Shown here piece after piece: positions 55,561 to 64,000 of a stretch of DNA of 64,000 nt. Numbering within the stretch: the stretch's first letter is position 1; the number at the start of each line of letters is the position of its first letter. The DNA comes from an uncultured Candidatus Binatia bacterium (GTDB taxonomy: Bacteria; Desulfobacterota; Binatia; Bin18). A program made the translations under genes and the position numbers. The stretch lies in the NCBI GenBank assembly GCA_958296235.1, contig OY282457.1, forward strand, positions 635,769-699,768, in the 5' to 3' direction. The notes under the pieces were generated by a model, which saw nothing but the letters and a program-made list of their open reading frames with translations, did no database searches and had not been told where the DNA came from.

Positions 55561-56382
55561 ATGCCGACCGTCTCTGCCAATCAGTGTGAGATGTATTATG
55601 AAGTCGATGACTTCACCGATCCCTGGATCACGGAGAAGGAGACGGTCTGGCTCCAACATGGGGTCGGTCGGAGTACCAGGTTTTGGTACCATTGGGTCCC
55701 GGCCCTGGCGCGCCACTATCGGGTGCTCCGCCGAGATATGCGCGGCCACGGCCAGTCGGCTGACCCCGGCCCGGACCATCGCTGGTCCCTGGACGAGCTA
55801 GTCACGGATATGCATGACTTCATGGACGCGCTGGGTCTCCAGCAGGTGCACTATGTGGGCGAATCCATTGGCGGCATCCTCGGGGTGCTGTTTGCCACAC
55901 GCTGGCCGGAGAGACTCAAGAGCCTGACGATTTGCAATTCACCGACCACGATTCGCCCGGCCGGCACACGCGCCTTGTCTGGTGAGCAGGGCAATCTGCA
56001 CAAACTTCTAGCCTCCGAAGGGTCTGTCGGCTGGGGCCGTTTGATGATTGAGCGCAAGATCATCAGCGGACACAGCCCGGAGCACATGGCATGGGTGCTC
56101 AAGGAGTGGGCGAAAACACCGACGCATGTCTTATAAGGGATTACCAGGACGCTGGACGGGGCAGATACGGCCCCGCTCCTGTCCCAGGTCACCGTCCCGA
56201 CGCTAGTGCTGGCTCCTGCCAACAGCCCCATCACACCCTTGACCGACCAGCTCTCCATGCGTACGGGGATTCCCAACGCGCGGATTGCCGTTATCGAAGG
56301 CCCTGGACACGAAATCTATGTGGACAGGCCCGAGGAGTGTCTGAGCACTTTGCAGAATTTTTTGGGGTCGCTCTCGCCGTAA
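55561..56382 (+). pseudogene. Alpha/beta hydrolase (enol-lactonase-like) interrupted by an in-frame TAA at 56134-56136
   Basis: N-terminal 191 codons (HGVGRS...GESIGG nucleophile elbow) and the C-terminal 81 codons (VPTLVLAPANSPI...IEGPGHEIYVDRPEE) are in the same frame, separated only by TAA. Confidence 0.55.
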
Positions 56383-56459
56383 GGCTTTGAGCCACCGCGC
56401 CGTGAGAGGTCAGAAAGCAGGCGGAAGGGGAGAGCGACCTTCCGCCCTCAGCGGTGCAG

Positions 56460-56864
56460 CTAACCGCCCATACCACCCATAAACACCGCGACACACAGGA
56501 CGACGCCGCCGATATACGTGCCGAGGGCACCGATGAAACGGAGCGGATGAGGTTGCGCCAGCGTCGGACAAACGATCATGCCGATGGCGTGCAGATAGCG
56601 GCAGGCGGTCACCAGTATCATCGTCCACATGGCCCAGGCCGGGACGCCGCCCTCACCCATCGCCACGATGAGCATAAGCAAGGCCAACATGGGCGCATAC
56701 TCGGTCGCATTGCCGTGTGCCCGCACCATTTTATATAAGCGGTCGGCGGGGTCCGCATTGACACCACTGGTGGTTTCCGTCTTCCCGCGTGTCATAGAAA
56801 CCATAAAGCCGAGTACAAAGACCAACAAACCCAGTAAACCGGAACAGAGGACTGCCGTTTCCAT
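56460..56864 (-). CDS. MAPEG-family membrane protein
   Basis: 134 aa, 3-4 TM helices, RAHGNATEYAP motif. AGGAGG RBS. Confidence 0.65.
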   Translation of the reverse strand: METAVLCSGLLGLLVFVLGFMVSMTRGKTETTSGVNADPADRLYKMVRAHGNATEYAPMLALLMLIVAMGEGGVPAWAMWTMILVTACRYLHAIGMIVCPTLAQPHPLRFIGALGTYIGGVVLCVAVFMGGMGG

Positions 56865-57156
56865 ATGTGCCTCCTTTGCGTTGAGCGCTGTGTCTGGGAA
56901 ATCTGCGGCTCTCCTCAACCTCTTACGTGGGGCCGCCTGCATCGTGCGTCCACCCGAAGCACCGCGTCAAGGCTTGGGGGAGAAATAGTTACAAACGCAA
57001 AAAGCAGGCGGGCGGGTGAGCAGAGCGGTATCCAACAGCCCCTCTCGGTCTCACACTTTCCAGCATTCATCAATGCGTTGCATCCAGCGGTGTGAGAACG
57101 GGTTGACAGATGATAGAATCTTTCATACGCGATAGGCGCACTGAGAGGAGGGACTC

Positions 57157-57465
57157 ATGGGAGAGATGCAGCAGGTACAGGACCCGCGCACGGAGAGACT
57201 AAAATCGATACTCGCTTCTCAGGACATACCGCATATCTACGCAAACGGGTTTACAAACGCGTTCAGTAATGCCGACGTTATCATGGTGCTGGAACGCAAT
57301 AACTCTCCGGTCGCCGTCCTGAATATGTCTTACATAACGGCAAAATCCTTAGCCCATGACCTTTCCCGACTCATTGCCGACTTTGAAAAGAAAAGTGGGC
57401 AAGCCATCATGACCACAGATATTGTGGATAGAGTCCTCTCGCAGCAGACCGAAGGTCAGTCATGA
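57157..57465 (+). CDS. DUF3467-like small protein (hypothetical)
   Basis: 102 aa. IYANGFTNAFSNADVIMVL ... VLNMSYITAKSLAHDLSRLIADFEKKSGQ fits the DUF3467 pattern recalled from memory. GAGGAGG RBS. AT-richer region. Confidence 0.45.
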   Translation: MGEMQQVQDPRTERLKSILASQDIPHIYANGFTNAFSNADVIMVLERNNSPVAVLNMSYITAKSLAHDLSRLIADFEKKSGQAIMTTDIVDRVLSQQTEGQS

Positions 57466-58049
57466 AATACACTGTGGGACATTCTCAGTCCCTCTCCTTT
57501 GCTTTCGATCTTTCTCCCGACCCGCTGCTGGCAAAACTCCAAGAGTTGGCAGACCTGCCAGACGGATGGCGATTTGGGGAAGGAGTTCCGCCCCGGCCAC
57601 AGGCGCTCGACAGGGCGCGGGAAATTCACCGACAGGCTGCTTCCCTCCGGCTCAAGGCTGACGCATTCCCAAGTGCAGACGGGTCCGTGAACTTGGTTTT
57701 TTACGCCGGCGAGAGGTGTGTCGAGATTTATGTGTCTCAGACTGGAACAATCAACGTCAGCGTAGAAGAAGGAGAGGGGTTTGATTTCCGGGAAATCAAG
57801 GAAATATCAAATGCCTCGATTACCGACGCGGTAGAAGAAGTGAATTTTCTTGCTCAGAAGTCAGACATATGGAACTTATTAGACTCCTTCATCCACGAGA
57901 GTACGATAAGCATTCAAAGCGCTTCCGCAGTTCATGTTTCACCAACTCCAGCGACGGGACAGGAATATCACTTGTTGATCTTGAATGCGTCCGAGAGCAC
58001 TGTACGCCCATATGTCAACACATCGAACGCTATTATCCCGGTGTCGTAG
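57462..58049 (+). CDS. Hypothetical protein (195 aa), translationally coupled to the DUF3467-like gene
   Basis: ATGA overlap with the upstream gene. GAAGG RBS. No recognisable domain. Confidence 0.4.
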   Translation: MKYTVGHSQSLSFAFDLSPDPLLAKLQELADLPDGWRFGEGVPPRPQALDRAREIHRQAASLRLKADAFPSADGSVNLVFYAGERCVEIYVSQTGTINVSVEEGEGFDFREIKEISNASITDAVEEVNFLAQKSDIWNLLDSFIHESTISIQSASAVHVSPTPATGQEYHLLILNASESTVRPYVNTSNAIIPVS

Positions 58050-58525
58050 GAGAGCCTATTACATATTGGCAGATTCCGGCTTCCTTGCCATCTGACGTGC
58101 AGGTTGAAGAAACGAAAAGCGATACCGGCGACCCCTGCCACAGACAGCTTTTCGGCCTTTCAAACAACCAAAGCACCAAATTCTTTAAACGTTCATGCCG
58201 TCCTGAAGACCTCCGAGTCTGTCAAGATGGAAACCCGGTTCCCTGTAACCAAGAATTACTGGAAACGATTTTTCTAGGGTGAGTGACTTTGAGACGAGCG
58301 CAATTAACCCTTGAGCCTGACCAATTGGACGGCAAAGCCAGCTTGCCCGTGATACCCCTTTCCACCAGGTTGTCTGTTTCCGCCAAAGTTCCCGTTGTTT
58401 CCAATACTTCCCTGAAAAGGAAATATCGACAGAACAGGGCTAGGCCATTGCTCCTTTATCTTTGAGACTTTCTCAAGATATTCCACAATACTTGTAATTT
58501 TCCGTTCTTCGCCCATCTTACCGCC

Positions 58526-61500
58526 TCATATCTTCCAGCACCCCTCAATCCGTCCCATCTGGTCAATGGTGAAGCGCAACACGTTCACGACGTTCTGGAC
58601 GTTTTCGATTTCATCCAGCGACAGGGCGCGGCCTTTGCGGGATTTGAGGTATTTGTCGAGCACTTGGTAGCCACCGATATGAAACGCCCACACATCCTGC
58701 GGCACCGGAGCGAAATACTGCGTCTTGTTGATACGCAGCCGCTCACGCTCCGCGTCGTAAGCGGGCTTCTCTACTGTGAAGTCGCCGGGGGTGGGCTCTA
58801 CTTTCAACGATGATGGGACGGTTTTCAGCAAATGCGCCTGCACCAACTCCCAACCGAGTTTTGATAACGCCTCGAACGTCTTGCGCTGGTTCACGAACGG
58901 GACACGCGGGAAGTCGATTTTCAGAAAGTCGAGATATTTTTGTCGATAGGTTGGGCTGTGGAGTACGGCATAGATATAGCCCAGGATGTCCTCGGGGCTG
59001 TAGTGGTGCTGGTATTTGGCGTCTATAAACGCCCGGAACTTGGGGCTGAGGTTTTCAATTCGCTCTTTGCCTTGGAACGGGTCAGCGTCTTCAAAGAGTC
59101 TGCTTTTACTTTTTTCCTGGCCCTCTGGCGGTGGGTAGAGGTGGAGAGGAAACAGATAGTTTACCTCTTTCAGTGAGGCCGTGTGATGCTGAATAATCCG
59201 GTCGCAGCAAAGAACGTGTTCCCAGCCTCCACCTGTTTCTTTTCCTCGGGAGGTACATAATCCCAGATTCTCACCAGCCAGTATGTGATACATGACTTTC
59301 CCGCGCGGCATACAGTGGAAGCCGCGTGAATGGCCCGTGTAATAGGTATAGCGCATGTCAAACGGGCGGTAGGCAACAGGAACCACCTGGTCTTGCAAAA
59401 GCCCGCTGTCCTCCAGGTCTTGCTGAGCGAGTGCAACCTTCCAATCCCGGGCGTCCTTTCCTAACGCATATTTCCGTCGGGCCTCCTCTACAGGCAAAGC
59501 CGCAAAATCCTGAACAGTCTTCCAGGCTGCCTCTTCGCTGTACTGGATGGTCAGGCGATCCCGTGCGGTTGTAATACCCACGGAATTGACTGGAAAAATC
59601 TCCGTCACCTTCCAACCCCCTTCGTACTCCTCCCGCAATGCCTCATCCTGTGGAATGAACAGATAGAAGGGCGTTGACGGATTCAGCTTCGTCCATTCCA
59701 CCGAATCCTTTTCGGTTTCAAGTAGCGCTCGATATTTCCCCTGGCGTGTTCCCCACAGGTCGGCGTGATACACGGCCCGCTCCAGCCCTTGCTTTTTCAC
59801 CAGCAAGGAGACGGCCACGCCTTGTTCAATGTCGAACACATTTTCATCCTTGCCGCCCTCCGGCGCTCTCTCCTTCTTCTTGGCGTTGCCGTGCAGGTCG
59901 AGCACGTAGAGTTGATGAAAGGTCTGCATCAGGGATTGGCGCATTCCCCGGAAGGTCGGACCGTCCAAAAAGGAATGATTGGTAATGATGCCGACCACGC
60001 CCTCCTCCACCTGTTCCATTTTCCATTGGGCAAAGCGGATGAACTTCACGTAATCGTCTTGCAGCCACTTGGGGTTCTTCTCGCCCAGCGGCTTGCCATC
60101 GACCTGTTTGTAGGTGTCAATCAGCCCGGTAATCCACTCGCCCGTGTTTTTTGAATGGCCTGAATAGGGCGGGTTGCCGGTAATCACCAGCACAGGTTTG
60201 TCTTTAATCGTCTGGGCTTCCTCCACTTCCCGCGACAGGGCCGGCAACAGGAAATTGGCCTGCGGTTCGATGGGTTCCAGCGTGTTCGTCAGGTAGATAT
60301 GCAGCCGTTCGCCGGGCGGCATGACGTAGCCTTTGTCGTGCAGGAATTGCGACAGCTTCAGATGAGCGACAGTGTACGGGGCAATCAAGTATTCAAAGCC
60401 GTACAGGTTCTTCAGGACGTGCTCTTTCACGACTTGGGCCCGGACGCCTTCGGAAACCGTCTCGAATATCTGTTGCAGCACTTCCAGCAGAAAGGTTCCC
60501 GTGCCGGTGGCGAAGTCCAGCACGGTGACGCGCTTCCTGTCCGCCAGCCCGGGGCCAATGCCGAAAGTGTCTTTGAGGCTGTCATGCACGGCCCGGACAA
60601 TGAAGTTCACCACCGGCGGTGGAGTGTAATACACGCCCCGGCTTTTGCGGGTGGCCCGGTCATAGGCTTTCAGAAAGTCTTCGTAGAAATACACATACGG
60701 GTCTTTGGCGAACAGCAGCCGCTCGTCCTCGTTCGAGGCAGGCTGCCGACCCCGCGGCCTGGTAAAGGATAAATCTTCGTGAATGGCGGTCAGGTCGAGC
60801 GTGTTCATGATGCTCAGGATTTCTTCCACCAGCCAGCGGATGCCCTGGTATTCGTCGCGCTCCAGTTCGTCCAGAAAATCGACCAGTTCACGCAGCAGGG
60901 CAAAATTCGTCGGGATATAGCGCTTGGCGTTTACCAGCGTGACTGCGGCCGTCTCCCCAGCGTTGAGCTTGGCCAGGAACAGCCCATAGCCCAGCGTTTG
61001 GGCGAAGGCATCAGCAAATTCTGCGATCTCCAGTTTTTGGAACACCTCTTTCTTGAACACCGCGTACAGTCCGTACAGTCGGCCTTCCCGATGCTCCTTT
61101 TCTTGCCGCTCCAATTCTTCCAACAGAAAATCGCGTAGATCGTGACAGCGCACGGCCAAGGCGCGGGACAGGGTGTTGGTGTTGCCCAGCTTGGCCGGAG
61201 GAACGGACAGGAAACTGGCAATGAGCGTGGCGACTCTTTCCGCCTTGTCCGTGTCGAGCCGTGCCCTGCGGTTGCCGGCATCGTTGGGATAGCACAGCGT
61301 TTCACGTCTGGTGATTTCGCCGTCTCTCAGCCATATCCACTCCAGATAGTCGGTGAGGATGAGATTCCCGGACAGTCGTTTGTATTTGGCGATTTGGTCA
61401 GATTTGCGTACCGCGTCCAGGTCTTCGCCGATCTTCTTGTTTTCCAGATAGCCGACGATCGCTTCATTCAATTTGATTTTGAAATCGGGCGCACCCAGCT

Positions 61501-61666
61501 TGGTCTTGTCTCGCTTGGGTTCGTGAATGACAATGACGTTCGATTTTTCGTCGGCGGCAATGGCGTTCAGCAGGTTTTCCAGTGCGCCGCGCAGGGTATG
61601 CTCAGTGCCCTCGGCGATGTCCAGGCGCTTTATAGCGTTGAAATAGGATGAGAATGGCTCCGCCAT
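58526..61666 (-). CDS. Type IIG restriction-modification enzyme (N-terminal PD-(D/E)xK endonuclease + gamma-class N6-adenine methyltransferase + TRD), MmeI/Eco57I-like
   Basis: 1046 aa. N-terminal APDF...GYLENKK (D...ExK). AdoMet-binding LDFATGTGTFL. Catalytic ITGNPPYSG (NPPY). Long C-terminal specificity region. Confidence 0.75.
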   Translation of the reverse strand: MAEPFSSYFNAIKRLDIAEGTEHTLRGALENLLNAIAADEKSNVIVIHEPKRDKTKLGAPDFKIKLNEAIVGYLENKKIGEDLDAVRKSDQIAKYKRLSGNLILTDYLEWIWLRDGEITRRETLCYPNDAGNRRARLDTDKAERVATLIASFLSVPPAKLGNTNTLSRALAVRCHDLRDFLLEELERQEKEHREGRLYGLYAVFKKEVFQKLEIAEFADAFAQTLGYGLFLAKLNAGETAAVTLVNAKRYIPTNFALLRELVDFLDELERDEYQGIRWLVEEILSIMNTLDLTAIHEDLSFTRPRGRQPASNEDERLLFAKDPYVYFYEDFLKAYDRATRKSRGVYYTPPPVVNFIVRAVHDSLKDTFGIGPGLADRKRVTVLDFATGTGTFLLEVLQQIFETVSEGVRAQVVKEHVLKNLYGFEYLIAPYTVAHLKLSQFLHDKGYVMPPGERLHIYLTNTLEPIEPQANFLLPALSREVEEAQTIKDKPVLVITGNPPYSGHSKNTGEWITGLIDTYKQVDGKPLGEKNPKWLQDDYVKFIRFAQWKMEQVEEGVVGIITNHSFLDGPTFRGMRQSLMQTFHQLYVLDLHGNAKKKERAPEGGKDENVFDIEQGVAVSLLVKKQGLERAVYHADLWGTRQGKYRALLETEKDSVEWTKLNPSTPFYLFIPQDEALREEYEGGWKVTEIFPVNSVGITTARDRLTIQYSEEAAWKTVQDFAALPVEEARRKYALGKDARDWKVALAQQDLEDSGLLQDQVVPVAYRPFDMRYTYYTGHSRGFHCMPRGKVMYHILAGENLGLCTSRGKETGGGWEHVLCCDRIIQHHTASLKEVNYLFPLHLYPPPEGQEKSKSRLFEDADPFQGKERIENLSPKFRAFIDAKYQHHYSPEDILGYIYAVLHSPTYRQKYLDFLKIDFPRVPFVNQRKTFEALSKLGWELVQAHLLKTVPSSLKVEPTPGDFTVEKPAYDAERERLRINKTQYFAPVPQDVWAFHIGGYQVLDKYLKSRKGRALSLDEIENVQNVVNVLRFTIDQMGRIEGCWKI

Positions 61667-61877
61667 GAGCTTGTTCTTTCGCCTCCCTTCATTTCAGATG
61701 CCTGTTATTCCTGATGGAGCAACACTAAGCCATTATCTCCAATAACGTGAGGTGAAGAAAACAGGTTGCGCTTGGAGACGGAATGCAGAACAATGATTCA
61801 TCCTACCCTACGGGTAACGTCGGTTCTTGTCTTTGGCGTAGGGTATGGCGGTACGATGACATACTGAGGAGGAGAGC

Positions 61878-62795
61878 ATGACCAGCGTAACACAACTCGG
61901 ATATTTGGGACTGAGCGTCAGTGACATGACCGCCTGGGAACAATTCGCTACCTCGGTGCTCGGGCTGGCCGTCAGCGAACACGCCGCTGACGGCTCGCTC
62001 TCTCTGCGTATGGATGAGTACCATCATCGTTTTCTGGTGCATCCGACGGGCAAGGATGACCTGGCCTATATTGGCTGGGAGGTCGCGGATGAGCACGCCT
62101 TGCACGCCTTGGCGGACCAGCTACGGGCCGCCGATGTCGAAGTCACCCCAGGGACGCCTGAAGAGCTGGCCACCCGGCGCGTGGCCGGGCTGATTCGCTT
62201 CCAGGACCCGAGCGGTATTCCGTCGGAGATTTTCTATGGTCCGCTGGTTCATTTTGATAAACCGTTTCAGTCGCCGCGGCCGATCTCGGGCTTTAAGACC
62301 GGGGAGCAGGGCTTAGGACATTTTGTGATCCTGGTCAATGACGCCCAACAGAGCATCAACTTTTACCGGGATGTCCTGGGGCTGCGGATCAGCGATTATG
62401 TCCATATCACCCCCGCTCCGGGCATGACTTTTCAGGCCACCTTTTTCCACTGCAACCCGCGCCATCACTCGCTCGCCTTTATCGAAGCCCCCAACCCGCC
62501 CAAGCGTCTGAATCATTTCATGTTGCAGACGCAGTCGCTCAACGATGTAGGTTCGACCTATTATCTGTGTCAGGACCAGGACGTGCCGATTACGATGAGC
62601 CTGGGCCGTCATACCAACGACCATATGACCTCGTTCTATATGCAAACGCCGTCCGGCTTTGCGGTTGAGTATGGCTGGGGGGCGCGGGAAGTGGATGACG
62701 CAACCTGGCAGGTCCAGATGCACACCTCGGGCAGCATCTGGGGTCATGTCCGCCGGGCCCCGGTTCTTGGTGGGGTCGCGCAGGAGAAGGCCTAG
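61878..62795 (+). CDS. Extradiol ring-cleavage dioxygenase (type I, catechol/2,3-dihydroxybiphenyl dioxygenase; VOC superfamily)
   Basis: 305 aa, two VOC modules, HFVILV / HHSLAF metal-ligand His contexts. Confidence 0.8.
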   Translation: MTSVTQLGYLGLSVSDMTAWEQFATSVLGLAVSEHAADGSLSLRMDEYHHRFLVHPTGKDDLAYIGWEVADEHALHALADQLRAADVEVTPGTPEELATRRVAGLIRFQDPSGIPSEIFYGPLVHFDKPFQSPRPISGFKTGEQGLGHFVILVNDAQQSINFYRDVLGLRISDYVHITPAPGMTFQATFFHCNPRHHSLAFIEAPNPPKRLNHFMLQTQSLNDVGSTYYLCQDQDVPITMSLGRHTNDHMTSFYMQTPSGFAVEYGWGAREVDDATWQVQMHTSGSIWGHVRRAPVLGGVAQEKA

Positions 62796-62824
62796 GGCAC
62801 TTTGCTGTCAGGCCTGTAAGCAAA

Positions 62825-62895
62825 CATGTAATAAGACACCCGCACCCTCCCAGAGGGAGAGGGAATGAGACGGTAAACCCCCTCCTCAGAGAGGA
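62825..62895. repeat. GC-hairpin REP-like element (singleton)
   Basis: ccctcccagagggagaggg and cctcctcagagaggagg palindromes. Confidence 0.35.
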
Positions 62896-62925
62896 GGAAC
62901 TGGAGGTGGGCCGACCGCAGCCTTA

Positions 62926-63702
62926 TCAGGACGGCAGCGCGTCCAGGTAGGCTCGGACAATGCGGTCAAAGGTTGCCGGTTGTTCCTCATACGTCCAGTG
63001 GCCGGCTTGGGGAATGATTTCCAACTGACAGTGCGGCATCCGCTCACGGAAGTACTCGGCATATTTGACTGGCGTAAAATAGTCTTCGTCCCCGCAGATG
63101 GCGATCGACGGGGTATGTATGTTGGCGACTCGACTCATACAGTCGAAGGTATCATCGCTGATCCAGTCCTTGTAGGTCACCTGGGGGTCGGTCCCGGCCG
63201 TCAAGGTCTCAATCGCATCGACAATTGACTGGGGCGTGCTTTTGGCAAAGCCGAGACGCGGATCAATAGGAATCCCGGCTTCGCCCGCTGCTAGCTGACG
63301 CGAGTTCTCAAGAACGTTCGGGTCCACCCGCAGCCGCGCGCCCGTATCAATCAGCATCATGCCGGCGAGACGGTCCGCATAATAGATGGCCGCGGTCAGG
63401 GCGACCCCGCCGCCGAGCGAATGCCCGGCAATCACAAACCGCTCCCAGCCCAGATGATCGGCCAGCCGGACAGCATAATGGGTATAATCCGCGGCTCCAC
63501 GAAACCCGCCGCCGGACGATTGGCCGTGCCCCGGCAGGTCGATCGCTACCGGCGTATGACGGTTAGCCATTGCCTGCATATGCCTGTGCCACACCCGACC
63601 GTCACAGCCCGTGCCGTGGATGTATAGGACGCGCTGCCCGTGTGAGCCGCCTCCAGCGGTATGATAATGTATCCGCAGTCCGTCAATATCGGCATATCCC
63701 AT
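62926..63702 (-). CDS. Alpha/beta hydrolase (meta-cleavage product hydrolase/enol-lactonase-like)
   Basis: 258 aa, GHSLGG nucleophile elbow. Confidence 0.8.
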   Translation of the reverse strand: MGYADIDGLRIHYHTAGGGSHGQRVLYIHGTGCDGRVWHRHMQAMANRHTPVAIDLPGHGQSSGGGFRGAADYTHYAVRLADHLGWERFVIAGHSLGGGVALTAAIYYADRLAGMMLIDTGARLRVDPNVLENSRQLAAGEAGIPIDPRLGFAKSTPQSIVDAIETLTAGTDPQVTYKDWISDDTFDCMSRVANIHTPSIAICGDEDYFTPVKYAEYFRERMPHCQLEIIPQAGHWTYEEQPATFDRIVRAYLDALPS

Positions 63703-63731
63703 GCGTTCTCCTCCGTTGGCGGTCTGCTTGG

Positions 63732-64000
63732 CTATGCAGAGACACCCGTATCGGCCGTCAGCCCGGCCGCTTCAATGCCGGCCACGGCACATTCCTCATC
63801 AATATCCGAGGTATCGCCCGATATCCCAACCGCCCCGATAATGGACTGCGCTCCATCCCGGATCAGCACCCCACCCGGCACCGGCACAAGTTTTCCCTGA
63901 GCGACCGCAGTCAGGGCTTGCACAAAATGCGGCCGCTCAGCCGCGACGCTGCCCAGCATCCGAGACGAGCGGCCCATGCCCAACGCGCCCCACGCCTTGC
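63732..64000 (-). CDS. GlcG/HbpS-like (DUF336) heme-binding protein, partial at window end
   Basis: GGVLIRDGAQSIIGAVGISGDTSDIDEECAVAGI matches the DUF336 core. The N-terminus probably lies beyond 64000. Confidence 0.55.
   Translation of the reverse strand, partial: KAWGALGMGRSSRMLGSVAAERPHFVQALTAVAQGKLVPVPGGVLIRDGAQSIIGAVGISGDTSDIDEECAVAGIEAAGLTADTGVSA

Noticed and set aside
57098-57131. TTGACA / TAGAAT-like hexamers upstream of the DUF3467-like gene
   Set aside because: Spacing between the best hexamers is 5 nt. No convincing -35/-10 pair, so not reported as a promoter.
1-64000. tRNA, rRNA and tmRNA search by eye (T-loop GGTTCGAATCC-like motifs, 16S/23S signatures)
   Set aside because: No convincing candidates in any intergenic region. 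Cannot exclude without a covariance-model scan.

Overview
This is a 64-kb stretch of a high-GC bacterial chromosome (about 63-66% GC by eye; possibly Chloroflexota- or Actinomycetota-like; unconfirmed). It is gene-dense on both strands. I found no rRNA, tRNA or CRISPR.

Backbone genes:
- aromatic-acid catabolism: benzoate-CoA ligase, BoxB and BoxC (no BoxA nearby), an extradiol dioxygenase, a 2-keto-4-pentenoate hydratase-type enzyme and alpha/beta hydrolases
- two amidase-signature amidases, two amidohydrolase-2 enzymes, three LLM/F420-type oxidoreductases, SDRs and an AKR
- hydantoinase hyuA/hyuB and the 5-oxoprolinase pxpABC operon
- glnS, cyclophilin, a DegT aminotransferase, a PLP decarboxylase and a carotenoid cleavage oxygenase
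- a gliding-type ABC-2 ATPase with a fused permease/GldG-like protein
- a CdaA-YbbR fused diadenylate cyclase
- a 1141-aa zinc-ribbon/cyclase/ATPase/TPR signalling protein
- a 1304-aa envelope protein (Sel1, peptidoglycan-binding, two FGE/SUMF1 domains, 7 PEGA repeats, TonB_C)

Accessory content:
- four type II toxin-antitoxin modules (2 VapBC, 2 MazEF-like), two with palindromic operators
- three families of MITE/REP-like GC-hairpin repeats that inflate ORF predictions
- a roughly 1-kb AT-richer insertion inside the pxp operon, flanked by an exact 83-bp duplication of the pxpC 5' end, carrying a 3-ORF cassette that ends in a HipA-N-terminal (HipS-like) orphan
- an AT-richer PD-(D/E)xK-like gene wedged between hyuB and hyuA
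- an orphan ParA/MinD-like ATPase behind a near-consensus promoter
- a low-GC island (57.1-61.7 kb) with a DUF3467-like + unknown gene pair convergent with a single-chain Type IIG restriction-modification enzyme

I rate the pxp insertion/HipS-like cassette and the 57-62 kb island as the best candidates for something undescribed.
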